Positions 13,474-25,184 of a stretch of DNA of 64,000 bases are shown one piece after another (position 1 is the stretch's first letter; every line of letters starts with the position of its first letter). This DNA comes from Basidiobolus meristosporus CBS 931.73. Its lineage: Eukaryota; Fungi; Basidiobolomycota. The notes below the pieces were generated by a model, which was not told the origin of the DNA, ran no database searches, and saw only the letters and a program-made list of their open reading frames with translations. The translations under genes were made by a program, and so were the position numbers. The stretch is taken from assembly GCA_002104905.1 (NCBI GenBank), contig MCFE01000492.1, forward strand, positions 1 through 64,000, written 5' to 3'.

Positions 13474-15590
13474 TTAGATTTTTCTTTTCACCAAGGTCAT
13501 GACACTTTCAATATGCTTGGTTTGGGGAAATAGATCGAAGGGAGTGATATCGACAGCATCGTACATTGGCAATGGGTTCTCGGGAGCACTTTCGCTGGCT
13601 TTCTTGTGGATGTATGCCAGATCTCTGGCCTGGGTTTGAACGTTGCAACTAACGTAAACAATACGTGCTGGTGCGAAATTGAGAAGCTGGTCGAGGAAAC
13701 TCTCACTGCAACCCTTGCGAGGAGGGTCAATCACCATAGCACTCTCGTCCCCGTCAAACTGAACCTCTTTGAAAATCTCTTCGGCATCTCCTACGATAAA
13801 TTCGCAGTTCTTGATGTTGTTAAGTTCAACGTTCTGCTTAGCGTAGTTGACTGAGTCGCGGGAAATTTCAACACCTGGTAGTGGAAAAGTTAGAATATGC
13901 GATCCCCGTCAAGCAGTCTGGAATCCACCCACCTAATACTTTGTCAAACTTAGCATGACATGAGATGGCGAACAATCCGGATCCACAGTAAGCATCGACC
14001 ATGTATTTGATTTTATCCTCTTCAGAGGCTTGCAAGTGGTCAGATGCGTATTGAATGAGAAGGGGGAGAATAGAGGCGTTATTTTGGAAGAAAGAGCCTA
14101 AATTAGAAAAGAAGTGTCAATGGGACATCTGTCGGTTTCTTCACTGGCATTCGATATTTACCGGCGGGGAAATCAAAGCGATGTTTGCCAACAAGCTCAG
14201 TGACGATCTTTTTATGGTCAGTAATGTAACCCTTCTCATAAGTGGCCTCTCCGTTCTCGTCCTTGGTTTCCTGGAGGACGTTAGTCTCTCGAATCAACAG
14301 TGTAGCCCCGCGTTTGTAGCTATCCTTGTTTCTATTGATTAGGTAAAGCATCCGCCGTTAGTAAGCCTCTTCGAGAGTCATCCCAATACTTGCAACTTAC
14401 TCAAATACATAATCTCTCATGGTGCTGTAGCCTTTTTGGATGGAAGATGTGCCAATCATGCAATCCTCGATATCCAAGATTTGGCGACGTCCTTGGATGG
14501 CAAATCCAATCTCGACCTTCTCCATGGCGCTTTTGGGCTTTTGGAAATGCGGAGTGAGCTTTGTTCTATATCCAAACTCCATGGGGGACCCAACCACATC
14601 GTTGATGGTGAGACCTGTAACATTGGCTAATGGGGTGGACCATTAGTACTCTATGCATCAGTCACCAATCAATCAAAATCCTCTTACGAGCAAAATTAGC
14701 GAATGCATTCTTGACTACGTTTTTCTTGAATGCTTTTTGATTCTGATAGCAAATTGGTGGTGAGATTTGGAGAAAGCGCCAATTGGGCGACACGTATATA
14801 TACCTCGTAAGTCAAGTGTTGGAACTGGCAGCCAGAGCATGAGCCAAAGTATTTACATGGAGCCGCAATACGCTCAGGGGAAGGAGTAAGTACTTCTACT
14901 AGATCGGCGAAGGAATATCCCCTATTCAATATCCATATTAATTATTAGTATCGCTACGCGCATTATTCCTTAACCAAGTGTTCTCACCAGCAAGATCTAT
15001 AAACTCGGGCGCGAATCTTTTCTCCAGGTAAGACAAATGGAACTAGTACAACCCATCCGTTCTCCTCGATGATACCCATTCCTTCACCTAATAAAATCCT
15101 AAAGTAAGTATCTCCGGGGAAACGCCACCAAGGAATAGAAAAGTGCAGTACCTGAGGCCGCCAGTTGATGAATGTTAAGTTCGATTTCCTGTAGGTGCTC
15201 AAAAGGATTTTGTCTCTCCTCCTCGTTGGTGTCTTTCTCTTTATCTTCAAGTTTGCTCCAGTAGTTCTTTCTGACCTGATCAATGTCAAATCTCAAAACA
15301 TCGTCCAGCTCTTTCTTGAGCTTACGTTGGGATCTCTTTCTTTTCCCGGTGACCTTCTTGGCAGGGGCCTTCTCGGGTTCCTCGGAAGGAAGAGGTACAG
15401 GTAGGTTGGGCTGGTTCTCGGCTATCTGAGTGGTTTCCATTTTGTGATATGAGCTGAAGTTCTTGGTCGCGAATGAGGTGGGTGCGAGCTTGGTTCTCGA
15501 GAAATATGGGGAACGAGCTAGGAAGGGCCGGTTAGGTAAGGTAGCACGTATGTTATGAAAAAACTTCCAGGAAGTTTTGATTGAATGCAT
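13474..15590 (-). CDS. TRM2: tRNA (uracil-54-C5)-methyltransferase, multi-exon
   Basis: TRAM-like GWVVLVPFVLPGEKIRARVY, Fe-S-type CKYFGSCSGCQFQH, GYRTKLTPHF, ILDIEDCMIGT, and the catalytic region VIDPPRKGC...IVYVSCNVQTQARDL...FDLFPQTKHIES. Confidence 0.95.
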
Positions 15591-16329
15591 ACACAATTAT
15601 GAATGGCCGGGCAAGAATAGTGCGTTGGTTGACACCGATTCTGGGAGTTTTTTTTTTCTTTTTGCTGAGCCCACTTTTTTTCAGATTTTTTCTTGAGGAA
15701 ATTCACCGGGGCCCCAATCCCGCTGGAACATGGTCGATACTTGAGTGCGGGTGAAATTTCGCGATAAGTTAAGCCAACTTCCAAGCAACCTCCCCCAGAC
15801 TGGGTTTAATTTAGCCTAATTCATGATGGATCCATATGATCAACATGCACCTAACAATGGCTAGATCAATCTTAACTTTAATTCTTATTAACACTTGGCT
15901 GGCCTATTTGGCCATCTGGTACTTACCGATTAGAGTCCTCAAGATGCCTCTTCTCCCATTCGATAGCTCTGTTTCACAGAGCATAGTCATCTGAAATTAC
16001 TATACTTCTTGGCGCTACACTCTTTGCACGAAATACGCCAATCAGAGGAACATTCGATATTACCATCATGGCCCATTCGGCCAATCGCAGCAAGTTCTGT
16101 AAATAGTGCGATGCCTTTAGCAATGTACTACCTCACGATCCCCTCGATAGCGCATCTTGATTAATTTATCGAGGTGGTTTTGGAAAAATGTCTTTAATCT
16201 ATGGTGTCTTTCTAGTATTTCCATTTTGGTAGGAAAATATCCATTCCACTTCACACCACATACCACATACCACCTGCCCCCGTACCACTTAATACACTTA
16301 TACCAACACCAACACCGTTCGTTCCATCC

Positions 16330-17656
16330 ATGAAATCCTCCAAATGTTCAAAAACACACAGAATGCCGCCCCTTTTTCTCGCGGCATTTATACTATTTGC
16401 TGCCATAGGAAGAGACTCCGTTTTGGTGACCGCTGCTAGTCCTGGTAAAGGCTTATTCTGTTCCATTTTGATTTTCGTAGACTCAATGGTTTCCCTCCTT
16501 ACAGCAGATCAAATCAACCAAGCCTGCAATGCGAATATATACTGCTTACCCACCGCAGGGGAGGTTTGGGGGCAGCAGCAAAACTACTTTGTTCAATGGA
16601 ACTACAACTATCCTACGTTCGCCACCACAGGACGTGTTAATATCCGACTATTCAACAACCAATCGACGACCCCAGTCTACCAATTACCTTCCTACGAGAA
16701 TGCCGAGGGGCTCTTGATTATCAACACCATTCAATCGAGTTGGTTTTTGGGCAACCAAACGGTGCAATATTTCTACTTCCTCATCACCGGTTCTGAGGAT
16801 CCTCCTTCTATAGCTGAGAATGGGCCTATTTTTTTGATACAAAGTTTGTTGTCTAGCTGACGCCCTCAACTTCTCTGACCAATCTTTGTAACCACCTATG
16901 TCTATCTTCAGGTCCACCACCAACCTCAACGTCATCCACCGCTACTGCCACTGCCACTGCCACGCCCACGCGCACGCCTACAAGTACTCCTTTGGCATCT
17001 GCAACTACTACACCAGGACACAGTGGTCCCAACAATGACGAGTCCAGCGGGCTTTCGGTTGGTGCGATTTGTGGAATTGCTGTTGGCAGCGTTTTGTTTG
17101 TTACTACCATTGCTTGATATCCTTTTTTTTCATTGAACCCAAGTACACTTCAACCACATTTAATGCTAATCCTTAACTGCTTTCTACCCTCATCTATTTC
17201 ATTAGACGTAAGAGAGGTGGTCACAAGCAAGGGTACGATTTCCAACTGGAGTCCGAGTCTGGATCCGGCGTCAACGGATATGCCGCATTGGGCCCAACGA
17301 ATCTAGGCACTGCTCGTGACAACACCTCCAATAGTGACGCTGACTCAACACTACCCATGACCGAAAGCCTAAGTCCAGGCAAACGAAGCTCTCTCTGTCT
17401 AACCGTCAAAGATGCACAGGAACTCGCCCACGCATACCGGAAAATGCTCACGAACAAGGACGCCACCGAAGAGACCCCGCAGACTACCCAGCAGCGCAGT
17501 TTATACAGCGACGAGTTGCTTCGCAGAGAATTGGCCGCCGACGGACATGGCGTCAAGAACGTATCCACCACACCAGCCATTGTGGTGGTGGATGATCAGG
17601 TGAACGGGCATGGTATGACGGCGGATCCCTCGGAGCCCGACTCAACCACTCCTTAG
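16330..17656 (+). CDS. Type I single-pass membrane protein (signal peptide, beta-rich ectodomain, Thr/Ala-rich stalk, TM, cytoplasmic tail), Mid2/sensor-like, multi-exon
   Basis: Hydrophobic N-terminus MPPLFLAAFILFAAIG, ectodomain NYFVQWNYNYP...VNIRLFN, ATATATATPTRTP stalk, TM LSVGAICGIAVGSVLFVTTIA, tail ending SDELLRRELAADGHGVKNV. Plausible GT-AG introns link the ORF pieces. Confidence 0.75.
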
Positions 17657-19789
17657 ATGAGACAACCCCGACTGGCCCAAAATTTATTTAATCCCTAAAC
17701 TCTTGTATACCGCGCCTGGTGGACTTCCCTCTAAGAATTGTCGTAGGTGTGGACCCTCATGTATGATACATCTTTGTCCCTAATACCTTCACTTATCCAA
17801 ATGTAAGTAAAAACCCTCATGGGTGTCTGTGTGGTACGCCCCACGGCACATCTCTCATCTCTATTCATATCTCTATACCTACCCTTCCAATCCCCATCCC
17901 ACTCTCATTCCCATCTAGTATACTATACTCCCTCGAAAGCTCCCCTTTATTCCCAGGAGGCGGGAATCGCCCTTTGTTCCAAACACGTCCCAAGTGATCC
18001 AACCACGACGCAGCCGATCCGTTTCAATATAATCTAATAAATGAATGCAATCAGCCAATACGGTTGGCGGCTATTCCTGTCAAAGGGAAGAGGGGGTTGG
18101 GAGTGCCCCAATTTGGGTAGCCTCGAAAACACTGTGTGGGCTATAAATAGTTCGTACTTCTTCTGAAGGGCCTTTCCTGGTGGTTTCATCACTTGGCACT
18201 CCCCGTGTTCCGTATGTTCTAGTGGTGCTCATTAGTGATGGGTTGGGTGCCCCCTCACACACACATTCCGGTAGCCAATACCCGGCAGACCTCGCGCGAT
18301 GCCAAAGACCTATCCCACATAGTTATTCCATCCACATCAGCTGGCCGATTCAGAATGGTTTCGACTTTGGCTGGCAACAGAATTGGTGTCCTTCCTGAGC
18401 CCCCGAAAAGGGATCATTCCTAAATCGGTAAAGCCACACTGTCTCCCTATACATCTCATTATCTGGATATTGCTCCGTAGTGGCCCTGAGATTTCCAAAT
18501 CGGGTTTAAATGCGTCTTCACACTCCACCCAGCACGCACCGACACATTACAATATCCGGACTGTATTCCGTGGAATTAGTACTGGGAAAGCAAGCTTTGA
18601 AATAGCCAGTGTCTCTCTGGACCCAGGTAACTATGAAGCCATGCGGTACTCTAAGTTACTGTTCTGGTTGGATTAGCTTCCTAGATGACTTGATATCAGG
18701 AGCGTGTGTGGGAATAAGTGTAATCACTTCACACATCTATAGCTCCAAGATAACGCCACCAACTGTAGAGCTTTAGGTACCGGCGTTGGTTCAGGTGATG
18801 AGAGGCCGGTGATGGCTACCAGAAAGCTAGCCGGTCCTCCAGGTTCTGGATCCTTTCCGCCTCCACAATTGTGAATGGTTGTGGCACACAAGTATGAAAA
18901 GACTTGGGGCATGAGCTGACCTAAGGAGAGTGGTCTTCAGGAATCACACTTTATTGTGCGAAGTATGGCAAATATTTTGTTTTGACTTTAATCAGATGTG
19001 TATCATCATCTGACACCAGTAAGATCCCCGATATCCAACCCAAAGCTTCCCCAAGCCATCCAAGAATCTGCAAACCATGCAACCAGCTTTCCATAGCCTT
19101 GCCGACCGCCTTCCAATCCAATAGTGGTGTACCAAGTGGATGATCTGACCATTTCTACTTCACGAATCGGCAGGTGAAAGCCATCCGGCTCCTGAATCCC
19201 TTGGATCACCTCCGATCTCTCACCTCTACTTACGGCAGAAGATGGATTCCACAGATATTCCCCGAAATATTTTGTATACGTTGGAATTCCATTTAGATTT
19301 GGAATTGATTCTGTAACATCTCCCAATTGTGTAGGCGCCGAAAAATGATCCTAGTCAATGAATTCTTTTCGGTCATAATACATCGGTCATGAATGATCAG
19401 ATGATATGCTACTTGGTACCTACAACCCTAACTCAATGGCTATTCTACTTTGGTGAAATCCTAACTGTGCCGCGAGCGGTATCTTGTTCTTGAGCATTTT
19501 TCATCCTCGTCGTGAGTTTGCCGTTGCAAGGAATTGATGCAAAGATCTGGCACTTGCAAATATACTTAATGGATGCTAGTGAGTGGTTATAGCTGCTAGT
19601 ATTACACTAAATAGCCCATTGGTTACCAGGATTCACTTCTCACATGATTTTCAGCTGAGATATTGCTGGTTATGAAGAATTCCTGAGGCGCTTCGAAAAT
19701 GAAATCACCTTGAGTTCTCTACCAGCTCCAGAATTTGCTCAGTGTTCTGTTGAAAGTTGACCAGGCGATTTAGAAGTGGTTTTGATAAC

Positions 19790-21125
19790 TTCCAGGACTT
19801 CACTAGTTGACAGATTTTCGTAGATCCCAGTCTGTGAGCTTTGTTATTTGGAACCAAATTCCCTTTAGGAATATTTCACCAAAACATCAGGTACCCAGAA
19901 CATGAAAGTTCTCAAAGTTGTCCAAACAGCCCCAAACCTTACAAATATGCTCTTGGGACCTTTCTTAACATATTCTATGTGTTTGTTATGCCAAGACCAT
20001 GTAAAAGTATAAACACTACTTTCACATTCAATGAATCATTAAGTGAGAACTACATAATCTACTTGTTCTCCCAATCACTTCCAATATCTCCAAGACTCTT
20101 ACAACAAAAACCACATGATAATACGCTCACCTGATTACTTCCAATATCTCAAAACTCTGACAACACTTTTTAGCTTATCGCAAAACTATATATTATTGAT
20201 CTAAGATGCAGTTTGTGAGATAATAGCTAATTCCTAAATTTATTGAAGGCTTAGAAGTTATTGATCTTTCAAATTCCTCCAAAAGCCCCCAAACCTTACT
20301 CACGGCTTCCTAAGTCCTTTCACAAGATAATCCTACAACTAGCTTTAGGAAGTCTCTCTAAGAGTATAAGTACCTTACTTGAGCTAAAAAATAATAGGTC
20401 AATAGTTCATGTCATATTGTCATATTATCATTTTTTACCCAAAGTTTGGTTAGTAAGATATTAGCTAGTTCGGACAATTATTAAAGACCTAGACGTTATC
20501 ATATTTCTGAAAGCTTGTCTAAAAGCTCCTTGATTATTGCACACCACTTCCTGGTACCTTTCTTACATTGTCCTTGTCACTGGCTCTACAAAGCTCTTTC
20601 AGAAATACATATCTATTTATACCACGTACTGAGACCTTTCTTAAAGCTTTCTTACCACTGATGCCAAGAAGTTCAACTAAGATTATATATATTACTTGAG
20701 CACAATAAAGCAACAGGTAAATACTATGCAATTTCTCTAGCTCTTTAGTTACTTTCAGTACTCCAAATAATTTGAATTTTGTGGTTACACCGAGATATTC
20801 TATTAACTTGGCTACTTTGTTCATTGCCTATTAGTCTTGGAATATCTTGCCCAAATTCTTTGTTGCGATTTACTTGGAATGCTTTACCAAATGACCAGGT
20901 ACCGAGAACATGAGAATCTTCAGACTTATTCAAAGGTCATGAAGCTTTGCACACATACTCTTGGTGGTGCAAGATTCTAGGAGCTATTGGAAGTAGCTTG
21001 GAGAACTAGAAAAATTGAATAATATCTGTTGCTTTATTGAGCTCATGTAAGGTATATATACTTTGAGGGGAGTTTTGTGGTATTAATGCTAAGAAAGCTT
21101 TAAGAAAGGTCTCAAGTATGACACA
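19790..21125. mobile_element. Tandem array of about four degenerate copia-family LTR-like units (period about 320-360 bp), last unit partly inverted
   Basis: 19850-20106 aligns by eye with 57121-57471 and 58042-58386 and ends in ACAACA. The TATA-like marker recurs at about 20003, 20361 and 20679. 20630-20720 matches the reverse complement of 21023-21113. AT-rich and CpG-poor. Confidence 0.7.
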
Positions 21126-21228
21126 AGCTAGAGGGCGCCTACTTTCTGTCACATTCGGCATGCACACTGGTAAACAGTGTAATCCTATGAGATATCAAAC
21201 CACTGGCTCTAGCCTTGTTGGTAATAAG

Positions 21229-21765
21229 CAAGAAGGGGGAGATGTAACCCAACCTACGGAATAGCAGACAAAATGCCCATTCTGCTCACAATTCATGCCT
21301 GAGGAGCGCTGGTTCCTAAGGCATCAGTGGGTTGCACAACTCCGGTGCAACCTCAACCTAAAATTACCCGAACAGGGTTATCTTGTGGGACACCAGTGAT
21401 TCAGGCTACTCTTGGTGCATTCCACCACACCAACTATCCAGTTGTTGGCAACCAACATTCAACGTGGTTTGACTAGATGACTCCGTCTATAGTGACACTC
21501 CCCGGTGCCACCCAAATCTTGAAGAGGGTCGAGGTGAGAGAATCCTTTCCATATACGGAGGTTGAATGGCTGTCGGAGATCTTTGGAAGCAAGTGTCGCT
21601 CAAGCAAGAAGGGCCCCCGTAGTTCACCACCGATCGGACGTATGGTTAATCCCGCCCTGCTGATTAGTCGGCTCAGTTTGACGGGATTCGTAAATAGTAG
21701 GAGTCTTGGCTGGGTTCACTGATCCGGCAGGAGGTTCATTGATGATCTTACGAAGGATCATTACA
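21229..21765 (+). mobile_element. Polypurine tract plus 3' LTR of an LTR retrotransposon (gypsy-like termini)
   Basis: AAGAAGGGGGAGA is followed directly by TGTAAC at 21243, and the unit closes with CATTACA at 21765 (TGTAA...TTACA inverted termini, about 520 bp). No 5' LTR or pol is recognisable. Confidence 0.6.
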
Positions 21766-22150
21766 GCCGGTGTATTGGTTGCTGCTTCGTTAAACATCAA
21801 ATTGGGGAAACCACATCAACCAGGATAACGGGACTCATCAGCAATTGCTGGTTTCAGGATCTGGCATCCATTTCCAGGATTCAGCTCTCGTCGTATGTAT
21901 TAGTGCCAGTCAGCAAGACACTGGATGCAATGATGTGTACCATCGAACCGGATTCCCAAGTGCACATATGGCCTCTCGAGCTTTTGTCGTAGCCAATGCT
22001 CGTCGGCGGTGGTTTTTGGGGAATGTATATCAGAGAGCGTGTCAAGGATTAGTAATTCATTGGCCTGGTAACGTTACTTGCCATGGAGCCCTCGGCGTAT
22101 AAAGACCCCTCACCATGAATCAAACCATCATTCGAAAGCACATCTCTGCA

Positions 22151-24498
22151 ATGAAATTCATCGTCGCTTTATCAGCCCTACTTAGCTCTTCAAGCTTGGT
22201 GCTTGGTAAGGCTGTATTTGTTCGCGATATCGGGAACCTCTTCTAACGTTTCCACATAGGTCAACCTATCAACGATGGTGCAGACTCTTACATCACTGAC
22301 ATTGCGCTTAAGGCGTGCGATAACACTTCCTGCGAGCTTCCCACACCCTGGCACCGGATCCCTTTGGACCTGAACAAAGGAGCAGGAGGGAAATACGTGT
22401 ATCTTCACTACCGCAAGGATCCTGGTGCTAAGCCTGTCACCAGCATCGTCTTATTGAAGGACACGGATGCAGTTCCTTCTGGCTACCAGAAGGTAGACGT
22501 GAACATTAACGAAGGAACCTCAAAACCAAAGAGATATTTAGCGTACACCAACACTCTCACTACTAGCGCGCCCATTCAGGATCTCCTGGTTAAGCTCGGG
22601 ACATCCCCTCATGCCTTGGACGGATACCGCAGTTACGACTTCAACATGAACGAAGGCGCAGGTAAACAGCTGGGTGGGAGTACTTCTTGTGTGTAGGCCA
22701 GCTAACAGCTTCCCAAACAACTAGGTGAAAAGGCCACCCTCTTCTACCAGCCCAAAGTTGATGAAGGTTTGTTCGTAGGAAACTTAATTCTCTTCTTATG
22801 AAGTTACTCACGTTCAACTTGTGAAAATGCAGTGCCCATCTCAGATATCGTCGTGGAGCTATGTGATTCCGCCAACTGTGTCAAACCGGGCTGGATAAAG
22901 TCTGACCATGACCTGAACATCAATGCAGGCGGGAAATACGTGTACCTTTTTTACAAGCAAGAGAAGAGCCCCAATTATGTCACCGACATCACTGCCTCGA
23001 CCCAGACCACCATTTCAGGCTATGAACGGCTAACTGCCGATGTAAATGCCGGCACCAAGGGTCAACCGGTCTACCTGTTCTACAAGAAAGGCACCGACCA
23101 ACCGATTTACTCCGTTACCTTCGAGAGTGGTAAAGACCTGGTGGACCCATTCGGCTACATTAAGGTGAACCAGGACCTGAATGTAGGCACTGGTGCCGAT
23201 GAAGTCTACCTTTACTACCGCAACAAGCCTCTTCGTAAGTAATTGTTTGGAAGATCTAGCAAAACCAATCATCACTAAACTACCCCATCAGAGCTTCCAC
23301 AGACACCTCAATTGAAATTCCACGACGACGGGTCATTCAAGATCCTTCAATTGGCCGACCTGCATATGACCAGCCACAGAAGTGGGTGCTACGACGTCCC
23401 TACAACCGGAGAGGTATGAATCACTTGTGGTGCCCATCGACCAACCTATCTAACGACTCGTGTTTAGTGGAAGAGCTGCACCAACTTGAAGACCTTGGAA
23501 TTCGCTGAACGGATGATCAAGACCGAGAGCCCGGATGTGATCGTTTTCACTGGAGACAACGTGATGGGCTCCCGTGACCCCAGAGCCAGCGTTTTGAAGT
23601 ATGCCAACCTTGCCGCGAAGCATGGCATCCCTTGGGTAATCTCGAGATTTTGAGCTTGGATCCATGGAAAGTATTGACCATGTATCCATCCAACGGTAGG
23701 CTTTCGTTCACGGCAACCACGACGACGAAGGGGATTTGTCCCGTCTGGAGCTCACCCAAGCCGCACTCTCAGTTCCTTACAATCTGGGGCGTAACGGCCC
23801 CTATAGCCTGTTTGGATCTGGCAATTACTTTGCCCAAGTCCTTGACAAAAAGTAGGGATCACTCACCTGCGGTTATTGCGGATCTCGATACTGACGAAAG
23901 ATTTCCTATCCCAGCTCACAGCCAGCGTTCACCTTCTACTTCGTTGACTCCGGTGCGTACAACATCAATGGTGCGGGCTACGATTACATCAAGGATAATC
24001 AGGTCAACTGGTTCAAGGACACCACTAAGCAGCTTGTAAACTCCCAAGGGGCTAAACCAAACGCAATCGCCTTCTGGCATATTCCAACCACCGAATACAT
24101 CGAAGTCAGCAAGGTACCGGAGAAACAGGTGGGAGATAAGCAAGAGAATGTGGCAAGCTCCAACGTGAAATCCCCCTGGGTTGACGCGCTTCGTGAATGT
24201 AAGTGGTTGCCTACGTGATGCATCACCGAAGAAAAGCTAATCCTCATATCTACCAGCGGGCGATGTTCGAATGACTATCGTGGGACACGATCACGTCAAC
24301 GACTACTGCTTCCCATATGGAACATTGCAATTATGCTACGGTGGTGGTGCAGGCTATGGAACATATGGTGCTACCAGCAAGGGGTGGGATCGCCGCTCAC
24401 GAGTGATCCAACTCTCCAACTTCGGGCAAAACATCAAGACCTGGAAGCGTAAGGACGATGCTGCATTGACTGCTTTCAACGAGCAAGTCATCGTTTGA
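22151..24498 (+). CDS. Secreted protein: two MABP-like beta-prism domains fused to a DCR2/PAP-like calcineurin-type metallophosphoesterase, multi-exon
   Basis: Signal peptide MKFIVALSALLSSSSLVLG and six D/N-L-N-x-G-x-G-x-x-x-Y-L-x-Y repeats. An in-frame intron (23235-23291) joins them to LKFHDDGSFKILQLADLH. Metal ligands DLH, FTGDN, HGNHD, FWHIP and GHDHVND are all present. Confidence 0.88.
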
Positions 24499-25184
24499 GC
24501 AGACATCATTAGGATTTAGTTACCTAGGCCAACATTTATATTAGCGCCTCATCTAATTTGGGGTTGACTGACAGAGAATCTATCTAGATTTCATAACCTT
24601 AGCATTGCAAGTTGATAATAAACAAGCCATTAGCGGGGAGGCTTATAACTTCACCAGACCCCCTAATAACCAAGCCATACCAGTTGGAGTGTGCAAACCC
24701 AGCACGATGCAAAGAGAATAGAATCGGGGTTTGTTGGCTACAATCCTTAGGGCAGCCATAAAGTTTGGTTCAAGGAGTGTAGGTCTTCCCAGCCACCTTC
24801 GATACCCATTATATATCGTCCAATCACGAGAGACTGCGAGTGAAGCCATCTTCTATATCTGAAGATAGCAGGTATGGGAATAAAGTATCATTTGACTGAC
24901 GGATTCAATTGAGCAAGGTGCAGTCTGGTGGATGTGGGCAGGACCAGGAGAGACAAGTGATTGTCATATATTTAGTGTATATTTTGGAGATAATTCCGAG
25001 TTCAAAAAGATGCTTTCATTATGTATTATCCCATAACAGATGGACTAATATGTTGCTGTGGATTGAAGTAATTAAAGATGCATGTGGGTCAGGGAGGGGT
25101 TATCTAACCTAAAGATGAATGTTATGCTCCGATTCAATGAGGGGGGAATCAGCTTGCCCTGAGGGCGAGTCATGAATGTGATGC

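Noticed and set aside
18040-18430. Possible additional LTR (purine run, GGCTATAAATAG, GGATCATT near the end)
   Set aside because: There are no TG...CA termini and no clear homology to the other LTRs in the window.
21752-21763. GAAGGATCATTA, identical to the 3' end of 18S rRNA, with faint 5.8S-like words downstream
   Set aside because: No other SSU or 5.8S conserved blocks align, and the 12-mer falls in the terminal bases of the LTR.
21720-21800. Minus-strand FNEAAT...ILRKIINEPPA resembling the HSP70 LRIINEPTAA motif
   Set aside because: The flanking residues do not match HSP70, and it straddles an LTR end.
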